This document shows, one piece after another, positions 1 through 8,406 of a DNA stretch of 20,000 nucleotides; the first letter of the stretch is position 1, and each line of letters opens with the position of its first letter. Source of the DNA: Ancylonema sp. (Eukaryota). A model generated the notes under the pieces. The model worked only from the letters and a program-made list of their open reading frames with translations, was not told the DNA's origin and made no database searches. The stretch lies in the NCBI GenBank assembly GCA_050230475.1, contig JBFLGF010000188.1:61039-81038 (forward strand), read 5' to 3'. A program made the position numbers and the translations under genes.

Positions 1-370
1 CAAGGTCCACGACCACCCATAAACTTTCTTTGAATACGTTACCTTTGTCAAGAAGGTGGAGAACAGTATGGCTGCCAGCAGTCTGGACCGGCCCTCCAAA
101 CGTGCATACATCCATCCCCACGCCAGATCTGCCCTCCCAGATCAGATTCCCCAACCCATTCCCCCTCACCTCCAGGGAGTTCCCATGGAGCTTGATGGCA
201 CCCGCAGACCGATCCTCAAGTTGCAGCCTGGAGAGCTGCAGCGCCGCAAGGATGTTGGCCTGTGCCACTACTCTGGCCTGGCTGGCCACGTCTTACAAAA
301 CTGCCCATCCAACAGAAACCCCCGCCATCACGTCCGCTTCCTAGAGGTGCATCCCGAGGAGTCAAAAAAC
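1..370 (+). pseudogene. gag: gypsy gag C-terminus with degenerate CCHC zinc knuckle
   Basis: PMELD motif followed by RRKDVGL-CHYSGLAGHVLQNC (263-304; CX2CX4HX4C with second C changed to S) in ORF 56..772. Confidence 0.85.
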
Positions 371-407
371 GACTTCTCCCCACTGTCCTCGGAGGGATCT
401 GTGGGGG
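364..407 (+). promoter_or_regulatory. -1 programmed ribosomal frameshift signal (A AAA AAC plus downstream stem-loop) at the gag-pol junction
   Basis: tcA AAA AAC at 364-370 is phased in the gag frame; a -1 shift enters the frame carrying the protease (SIDSEASRNFID); CCCCAC (378-383) can pair with GTGGGG (401-406), starting 7 nt downstream. Confidence 0.75.
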
Positions 408-3400
408 TTCTCCATCCCTACCCTCCCCATTTCCTCAACCCCGCCAGCTTTTGCTGGCCTGCCAGATCCTCCGATACCCCCTTCCCCCTATCCCAGTTTA
501 GGTGTCAATCGACTCTGAAGCATCACGCAACTTTATCGACCCCCAGCTCCTCGCAGACAACAACCTTATCACCCACCCCCACCCCCATCCCCTACAAGTT
601 GAGCTCATTGACGGCAGCCCTCCGGCTGCCGGTCTTATCACCTGTTTCTTCCCAGCCCAGATCCGATCTCCCGGCAACCATACCGAAACCCTTACCTTGG
701 ATGTCACCCGCCTGGCTCACAGCCCGGTCGTCCTTGGCTTCCCCTGTTTCCGCAAGCACAACCACACCATAGACTCGCAGGCAGGCTCCCTGTCCTTTAC
801 CAACTCCCAGTGTGCTGCCGCGTGCCTGCAGTCTAGTTCCCCCCCCTCCTCACCCCCGTCCCCTCCCGATCCCCAACCAAAACCTGTAGTTTTAGCCGGT
901 GTCCAATCCCAACTCGACCCCCTTCTTTTAACCAAGCGTCCCCCCCAATAACACGACTATGCAGACGTGTTTTCTGAGGCAACAGCCAATAATCTACCCC
1001 CCCACAGGCCTTATGACCTGCGAATCCCCCTCCTGCCTGGCAAGTAACCTCCTTGGGGTCCGATCTACTCTCTTTCCGAACCTGAGTTGGTAACCCTGAA
1101 GACTTACATCAAGGACAACGTGGAAAACGGCTTTATACGGCCGTCTACCAGTCCGGGGGGGGCCCTAGTCATGTGTATCAAGAAGCCGGACGAGAAGCTG
1201 AGGCTGTGTGTGGACTACAGAGCACTCAACGCGGTCACGGTGAAAAACCGTTGCCCCCTACCCCTCACACCTGAGCTGCTCGATCGCCTCCACCGCGCCA
1301 AGGTCTTCACCAAGATCGATCTCCGCAATGCGTACCATTATCTGCTGGGTACAAGAGGGGGATGAGTACAAAACAACGTTCCGCTGTCGTTATGGGCACT
1401 TCGAATACCAGGTTTGCCCCTTCGGTCCTACCAACGCCTTAGCATCCTTCCAGTCCTTCATCTCGGACGTCTTTCGGGAGTACCTCGATGTCTTCCTAGC
1501 GGGGATGCTAGACGACATGATCATCTACTCAGACACCAAGGACGTACACGTCCCCCACGTCTGTGCAGTCTTGGGAGTCCTACGCAAGCACAAGCTCTAC
1601 GCTAAACTAGAGAAATGCAAGTTCCACGTGGACAACATCGCCTTCCTGGGCTACAAGATCTCACCAGCCGGAGTGGAGATAGACCCAGCCAAGGTGGCCT
1701 CCCTCCTTGACTGGCCAATTCCCTAGTCGGTCAAGGAGGTACAATCGTTCCTTGGATTTGCCAACTTCTACAAGAAGTTCATCATGGGCTACTCTACCCT
1801 ATCCTGTCCCTTCACCTCTCTCACCCGCAAGGGGGCCAAGTTTCAGTGGACTCCCGAGGCGGAGGCTGCCTTCCAATCCCTCAAGACTGCCTTCACCTCG
1901 GCCCCCGACCTGCAACACTTCCAGCCAGACTTACCTCTGACCATAGAGGCTGATGCCTCCGACTTTGGACTGGGTTGCGTCCTCTCCCGGAATGACGCGG
2001 CAGGCGAGCTCCACCCCATCGCTTACTACTCGAGGAAATTTTGTGCTACGGAGCTCAACTACCCTATCTACGACGAGGAGTTGTTGGCGATTGTGGCTGC
2101 CTTCCGCCAATGGCGGGTCTACCTAGAGGGAGCTGTCCACCCCATCGTTGTCTATACGGACCACAAAAACCTGGAATACTTCTAAGCAGCTCGAACGACA
2201 TCTAGACGACACGCTCGGTGGGCCGAGACGCTAGCAGCCTACGACTTTTCCATCGTCTACCGGAAGGGCGCCAGCAACGGCAAGCCAGACGCCCTATCCC
2301 GCAGACGTGACTACTTTCCGCTAGCACTATCCCCCCACCCTGTCCTTCCCGAGCCCGCTATCCTCCCCCCCCCCCCCTACGCGCTGCAGCTATTCTTCTA
2401 AGCCCTTCCGACCCCCTTCTCCCAGACATTCGGGCTGCCCAGCTAGCGGACCCCACCCTACAGGCTATCGCTACAACCCTACAACTCGGACCCGCTCGGG
2501 AATCCAACCCGAGTCGCACTGCAGGCGAGTCCCGATTCCCCTACACCCTAAGAGACGGCCTTCTCTACCACGGCAGCCGCCTCGCAATCCCCCCTCCAGT
2601 TTCAAACCTTATCCTATCTATCTTGACTCAGTATCACGACGCACCTATGGCAGGCCACTTCGGCAGTGCCCGTACGCACGCGCTGGTGGCGCAGTACTTC
2701 CACTGGCCTGGTTTATCAAAAGCAATGGAGGAGTACGTTCGCACGTGCGACGTTTGCGCCCGGAACAAGCCGGTGCGCCACGCGCCATACGGACTGCTGT
2801 CCCCCCTACCTATCCCTACCCAGCCATGATCCAACGTCTCCCTAGACTGGATCACTGACCTATCTCCTAGCGACTACCACGATGCGATTCTCGCAGTCGT
2901 CGACCGGCTGACGAAGCAAGCCCACTTCATCCCTACCCCCACGGCCATGGCGGCGTTTGAGATCGCAACGCTTTTCTTACAGCAGGTGGTGCGTCTGCAC
3001 GGGTTGCCCAGCAACCTTATCAGCGACCGCGATCCCATTTTTACCAGCCACTTTTGGCGACGGCTGCTGGAGTTGCTCGGGATCCGCGCCAACCGCTCCA
3101 CTACTTTCCACCCGCAGACGGACGGGTAAACAGAGCGCTTCAATTCGGTCTTGGAACAGTTGTTGCGCATATACACCGACTACCAACAATCTGATTGGGC
3201 CAGCCTCCTGCCGTTGGCGGTGTTCGCTTACAACAACTCCAAGCACTCCGCCACCACCTTCTCCCCGTTTTTTACCAACTACGGGTTCCACCCGCAGATG
3301 TCGCTGCTCCCCCCCTCCCCCCATTCCCCCAACCCCGCAGCTAACGACTACGTCAAAACGATCCACGACACCCAGGACATCCTCTAATCAGCGCTGCGCA

Positions 3401-3918
3401 AATTCCAGCGGGTGATGGAAACTTCAGCCAATCCGAAGCGGAGATCGGCCCCGATATTTTCCCCTCGTCAAAAAGTATGGTTGTCCCGTCACCACGTCGG
3501 ATCCACTGGTCCTACATCCAAATTCGATGTCCGTTGCCTCGGTCCATTCCCAGTGATTGGCCAGATCGGAACCTCTTTCTATCGCGTGGCACTGCCGTCT
3601 TCCCTAAAAATCCATCCCGTCTTCCACGTCAGCCTTCTGGAGCCGCACAATCCCATTTCCTTCCCGGGTCGTGTCGTGGCGCCTCCTCCTCCAGTCATTG
3701 TAGACGGCGAGCCAGAAAATGAGGTGGCCAAGGTCCTCGATTCCAAGATCGTGCGGGGGAAGATTTTTTACCTCGTCGACTGGGCCGTGTACGATGTATT
3801 TGAGCGTTCTTGGGAACATGCCGACAACATAGACAATGCTGCTGACACGGTCGCAGATTTCCATGCCACGTTTCCCGATCAGCCTTCGCCGCCTCCCTCA
3901 TCGCGTTCCGCGCCTTGA
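370..3918 (+). pseudogene. pol: gypsy pol polyprotein (PR, RT, RNase H, integrase, chromodomain), disrupted
   Basis: PR IDSEASRNFID (~505); [106 protein letters not shown]; chromodomain EVAKVLDSKIVRGKIFYLVDW..SWE. Stops at 499, 949, 1045, 1724, 2183, 2827, 3127, 3385; frameshifts near 1345 and near 2370. Confidence 0.95.
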
Positions 3919-3926
3919 GGGGGGGG
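3917..3926 (+). other. Polypurine tract (PPT) of the gypsy element
   Basis: GAGGGGGGGG immediately before the TG start of the 3' LTR, overlapping the pol stop codon. Confidence 0.85.
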
Positions 3927-3929
3927 TAT

Positions 3930-4171
3930 TGTTAGGACCGTCGCTAGGGTCACTAAGGCTCCCTAGCGAGGTCCCCACACTTAGCGCTAGAGCGCTACTA
4001 GCTCAATTTTCCCTATAGCGAGTTCTGTCCCTATATAGTGAGAGTTGTGGCCCTAGCGGCCGTCTGGCCCCTAGGGAGTATTCTGATGTGTCCTTAGCTC
4101 AGGCAGTTGTGCCTTTTAGCCAGACTTGATGTGTCATTACCATATCCAGATATTCAGAGTGAGTTATCCCA
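3930..4171 (+). repeat. 3' LTR of gypsy element, 5' ~240 bp only
   Basis: Starts TGTTAGGACC after PPT; aligns by eye to the reverse complement of 4752-4968 and similarity stops abruptly after GAGTTATCCCA. Confidence 0.85.
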
Positions 4172-4528
4172 GATTGATCCAGTCGGCTAAGGGGGCCGAC
4201 TTTCCACATTTCACATCTCCCTTTTTCAGTTCAGGACCTGTGGGTAGCTGTAAGAAGCTCAGCCCACCTCGTTTGACGAGGCATGACGTCGACACCAGGG
4301 TGCAGGCAATGGTAGGGACGTGGATCGAGTGAAGAGGCTGAACGAAGCACGAACTGCCGTTTCGAACTCGGATGTGCACGAAGCCCGTGCCTGCTACCTT
4401 GTGCGAGGAGCCGTCAACAGTGGTGATGAAGGCCCTTTGCGTGCTCAGGGTTGGGATGTACTCGACGAAATGTTCACGCTCGGTGAAGATGTGGTCAGTA
4501 GCCCTTGGATCCAGAACGAGAGACTCTT
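4172..4528 (-). pseudogene. copia aspartic protease region, truncated
   Basis: SLVLDPRATDHIFTEREHFVEY..ITTVDGSSHKVAGTGFVHI..HVPTIACTLVSTSCLVKRG matches the copia PR consensus LDSGAT-H-F..G-G-V..VP----NL-S-S-L. Confidence 0.85.
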
Positions 4529-4968
4529 TGTTAGGGACGGATGCAAAAGACGCCCTAGCAAGCAAGTTACAATATGCACCGAGCGGAAAAGATGGCGAAA
4601 TGCCGAAGGAATGAGAGAGTATGAGCCGATGGAAAAATGGTGGTGACAATAATCGGAAAGGGGCAAATACATGAGTTGATAGGAATGCTCTAAAGGCATT
4701 CCCATCGACTAGATATAGGAACCGGCTGAATGTCTGAACCATGACTACAAGTGGGATAACTCACACTAATATGATAAGGACACATCAAGTCTGGCTAACG
4801 GCACAACTGCCTCCTTAGCTAAGGACACACCAGGATACTCCCTAGGGGCCAGGCGGCCGCTAGGGACTCCCACTCTATAGGGACAGAATTCGCTATAGAG
4901 GAAACTGAGCTAGTAGCGCTCTAGCGCTAAGTGTGGGGGACCTCGTGACTGTAGCGAGGGTCCTCACA
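4529..4968 (-). mobile_element. Solo LTR (~440 bp) of the same gypsy family, inverted, inserted in the copia ORF
   Basis: Minus strand reads TGTGAGGACC...CCGTCCCTAACA (TG...CA with short terminal inverted repeat); 5-bp duplication CTCTT at 4524-4528 and 4983-4987; removing 4529-4987 restores the copia frame STGSHKE-SLVLDPRATDH. Confidence 0.88.
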
Positions 4969-4982
4969 TGTGGGGGGGAAGG

Positions 4983-5976
4983 CTCTTTGTGAGAACCAGT
5001 AGACAAAGCTCGGGCAACATCAAATGAGAAAGCACCAAAAGCAAGATAATCCACATTGGCATCGAAAGGTGTGTCAGCAAAACGGGCAAGTCTAGCCCGT
5101 GCTTCAGCCTTTCGCGCAGCCTCTGGGTTCATCAATACTATATCAGATGCACGTTTTCTACATTTGTCAATGGAATGCCCGATATTGTTGCAATATCTAC
5201 ACTTGATCGCCCCCCATGAATTTCCTTGATGTACATGTCCGACATGTGCAGCTATTGGCGATGTTGGAGGGCAATGTGCAGCCCTACGTCTTGGCTGATG
5301 GCACTAGTGGCATTTTCCAGTTCCGGCATGGCCTCCGCCAACGCGTGGTGAAGGGCAAGTCGCCCTGATGTGGCCGAATTGATTCCAACTGAAGCACTCG
5401 ACGCCTGCAGCGTCCCTTCAGAGGGTTTATCGCCTGCTTCGTTGGCGTCACCGGCGCACCCAGACCCTTCAGGTCCTGATGGATCTGCTGCAACCGCTTC
5501 ACATAGACGTTGAGGACTTCAGCCTCCGCCTATATTATCGCGCTAAGCAGCGCCTCGGTGTTAGCGATCTCAATCGCTCCTTGCGCCTGGTAGAACGTCT
5601 TCAACGCCTCCCACATCCCGGCAGCTGTAGCGCAGTCCGTGACGTGCGTCAGCTCCGAGGGACCCAAATGTTTCACGATGCATGCCATGGCAGCCAGATT
5701 CTCTTCGTCCCATGTCTCGAGTTGTGGCAGCCGCTGGGAAATCGGCTGCCCCCTGCTCCTCCTCTCGACATCAACGTCGATACCCCTAGCAGTGAACTCT
5801 AGCTCTTCATCTGCGGTAAATGGAAGAATAACAACTGAACGACGCCGCCGCAACAAGCTGTCCCAATCCATCACCACACGATGCAACTTTTTGTTTGTTA
5901 TCCCATATTTAACCTTGAATGCCCATCCTGTGTAATTTGCTCCATAAAATTGCGGAATTTTGGATTTGTCCGTCAT
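4983..5976 (-). pseudogene. gag: copia gag (UBN2/Retrotran_gag_2-like plus CCHC zinc knuckle), disrupted
   Basis: ATG at 5976 (MTDKSKIPQF); in-frame TAG at 5530-5532 then continued VKRLQQIHQDLKGLGAPV; intact CX2CX4HX4C at 5160-5201. Confidence 0.85.
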
Positions 5977-6218
5977 TTGTGGCAACAATTGTGTAGGATT
6001 TACGAGAATTCTCACGCGGCTTCAACTCACAGTGCAATTCCTGCAATGCAGCTCACAGCTCAATTTTCGTGCCACGCAATGTCGAAATTACGTGCAGCGC
6101 TTAATAACCACGGCTAAATTTGCCCTCACAGACACAATTTACCGTTCACAAAATCTTCGCAGCGGATCGCGTGGAGCTTGTAGTTCTTAACCAACACGGC
6201 GTCTAAACTAGACCGCAC

Positions 6219-6232
6219 GTGGGCCCATAACC
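6219..6232 (-). other. Primer-binding site complementary to the anticodon arm of initiator tRNA-Met (half-tRNA priming)
   Basis: Minus strand GGTTATGGGCCCAC; the plus-strand GTGGGCCCATAACC matches my recollection of the plant tRNA-iMet anticodon stem-loop; lies ~240 nt upstream of the gag ATG, next to the putative LTR end. Confidence 0.85.
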
Positions 6233-6239
6233 TTCAAGC

Positions 6240-6746
6240 TTTTGAGCGATTAGACGTGCAGGAGATTTGGTGGGCGACAAACGAACCGTACAAAAGGATC
6301 TCTATCACTGATGATAAACGAGACAAGAGTTGCGTGTGTGGAACGAATTATAATTGTGATCGCATCGGGGATGGTAATACCCGATGCGCTTTACACATTG
6401 TTGTGTGCCGACGGCCGGTCGGTACAATTGACCGTCGGCCTATCCTTGATCATCGAGTGACGACCCATCTATGTGTCAACGGCCCATGCCGGACACTCCT
6501 GACATGACTAGATCTAACCAATCAAGGCACGTCAAGTATGCCAACGGATATTAACGACTCTAAGTGTCGACATCAAGCGTGACAACAAATAAGGTGTCCG
6601 GACACAATCGTGCCCGGCCCCGCATATTAGCACATCTAGGAATACGAGCGGCCGGTTAAAGTAACCGGCCATAACCGGACTAGCAAGCATAAGGCTTGGC
6701 TATCCGAATATTTATACAACGTACACATGAACGACTAAGCTCAACA
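6240..6746 (-). repeat. Putative 5' LTR of the copia element (~507 bp)
   Basis: Minus strand begins TGTTGAGC (6746) and ends GCTCAAAA (6240; one mismatch to GCTCAACA), 7 nt from the PBS; no second LTR in the window to confirm. Confidence 0.55.
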
Positions 6747-7505
6747 CATGCCGTACGTTAATCGATAGAGGAAGTCCCATTTCTTTGAAACCTTCAAATG
6801 CCGTGAATATTGTTTCGTATCAAACATTGATCAACACCTTGTAAAAGAACTTGTTCGGAATGCAATATAAGACCGGAAAACGAGACCGAGGTCTCGTTTT
6901 CGATACGTGGACTTCCGAAGTTCATTATTTAAAGCGAGCAAATATATCTAACATGCGGATGCGCGGTGTACATTGGTAGCTCGTGTTATTAGTAACATTT
7001 TTATTTTGGGGTCATTGTAGACGGTTGCATGAAGACCATTTGTATCAAAGATCAATTTTCAAAATATTAATGGTCGTGAAATAACCCTTCAAGAGACATT
7101 GAATTATGAAGTTGACCTGTCCTAAGAAGAATCACCAACCAACCATTTTGTTTTTGATATTCTTTTTGATATACTTATAGGTTGAGGTTCTCCTCATTGT
7201 ACGAGGATATTTTTTCGGAGGGAATAATGCCATAGAAAAATCCCAATAAAACTAGATTTAATGGTGGGAGTTATCGATATACTGAACTATGAAGTTTCAT
7301 TATTTAGAAGGCTTTTATATTTCCGCAGGTTTTGGACATACTTGCATGTGTAATGTTCGCGAAATTCTTTGTTTACTGACATTAAAACCCAAACATCAAG
7401 GTTGCGTCACAGTACCATAAGTACCTTAGCTTGTTGGACAAGTTGACATGCCCACCCTCCAAGAAATAGTTAATAGAATGCCAACTTCATTCATTCAAAC
7501 ACATA

Positions 7506-8102
7506 TAGTCCCTCGACAGTCCGTGAGTCCCTCGATATAACGAAAAAATAAATTCCATAAAAGTGTCGTTATATCGAGGTGTCATTATACACTGTATAAC
7601 GACATTTACTACTAGAATCTAAAATCTATGTCGTTGTATCGAGGGACTTGGCGAATGAAGCAAAGTGAATAAGCAAATGTGTTTATTATGTGTTTCCTAG
7701 AGTAAGTTGCCTTGGCATGATTATTAAATTCAGCGTGTGTATACGAGCTATACAAGTGCGTCATGATACCAATACATGCGGATGGACAAAATGTACCACA
7801 AAATTTTACGAGGAGAGTTGGGGAGGTATCAAGGTTGTTACAAAGCAACACCGGACACGCACATTCTATTACCTATATGGAATTCTATATAGAATTTGAG
7901 GTGCCGTTTTATATTTTTCTCGATTTCCATACACAGTATAACGACATTCAGTAACAAATTTCTGAAATACTTTGTCATCATATAGAGTGTCGTTATGCTT
8001 ATATCGAGGGCGATTTCATATTGATTTTAAAAAAGTTCCAAAAAACTGTCGTCATACCGAGGTTGTCGTTATATCAAGGGTCCTTATATCGAGGGAGCAC
8101 TG
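7506..8102. mobile_element. Non-autonomous pogo/Tigger-like (Tc1/mariner) MITE
   Basis: Right end ...TTATATCGAGGGAGCACTG|TA; left end TA|TAGTCCCTCGA..CCCTCGATATAACG; about 8 subterminal copies of CTCGATATAACGAC/GTCGTTATATCGAG in both orientations; no transposase. Confidence 0.7.
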
Positions 8103-8406
8103 TACATCGTAGCTCCTAGATATTCTGCCCTCACTAAAAGGCACATACTCTGTGTAGGCACCAGTGTACGAAATCCTGTACAGAGATGGCGCCTATAGAG
8201 AAGCTTACTGCACCGCTTACAGCGGTGCCGCAAGGTGTACAATCTTCACACGTGCCACCCCCCGTGTCAACGACTCTCACCCTACCCAGCCGCCTTCAAC
8301 AAAACGATATCCGTGCCAGAAACCCCACGTTCTTTACTTCACCTGCTTCCCAGCGTAGTTCGTTGGCACGTGCGATTCCGTCGCACGAGCACCAGCTGAC
8401 GGAAGC

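Larger units (their letters stand above)
1..4171 (+). mobile_element. Decayed Ty3/gypsy LTR retrotransposon with chromodomain (chromovirus, Tcn1/fungal-like); 5' end lies outside the window, 3' LTR truncated
   Basis: Domain order gag zinc knuckle - protease - RT - RNase H - integrase - chromodomain, then PPT (3917-3926) and LTR starting TGTTAGG at 3930; multiple in-frame stops and frameshifts. Confidence 0.96.
4172..6746 (-). mobile_element. Decayed Ty1/copia LTR retrotransposon, 5' half (LTR, PBS, gag, protease); integrase, RT and RH missing
   Basis: Copia gag N-terminus IPQFYGANYTGWAFKVK, UBN2-like WDEENLAAMACIVKHL..TAAGMWEALKTFY, zinc knuckle CRYCNNIGHSIDKC (5160-5201), protease VLDPRATDH (cf. 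W-x-LDSGATxH) and HVPTIACTLVSTSCL. Confidence 0.9.

Noticed and set aside
4164..4742. 192-aa ORF as an independent gene
   Set aside because: Chimera of solo-LTR sequence fused in frame to the copia protease remnant
4524..4990. hAT element with 8-bp TSD CTCTTTGT
   Set aside because: No TIR pair; the insert is clearly homologous to the gypsy LTR, and the extra TGT match is explained by the LTR terminus
6219..6232. tRNA-Met gene
   Set aside because: Only 14 nt match the anticodon arm; no cloverleaf in the flanks; position fits a retrotransposon PBS
6876..6901. Rho-independent terminator
   Set aside because: Eukaryotic context; 2-nt loop; the T-run is part of the stem
7020..7480. Degenerate coding remnant between the copia LTR and the MITE
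   Set aside because: Frames are broken by stops and no family motif was recognisable
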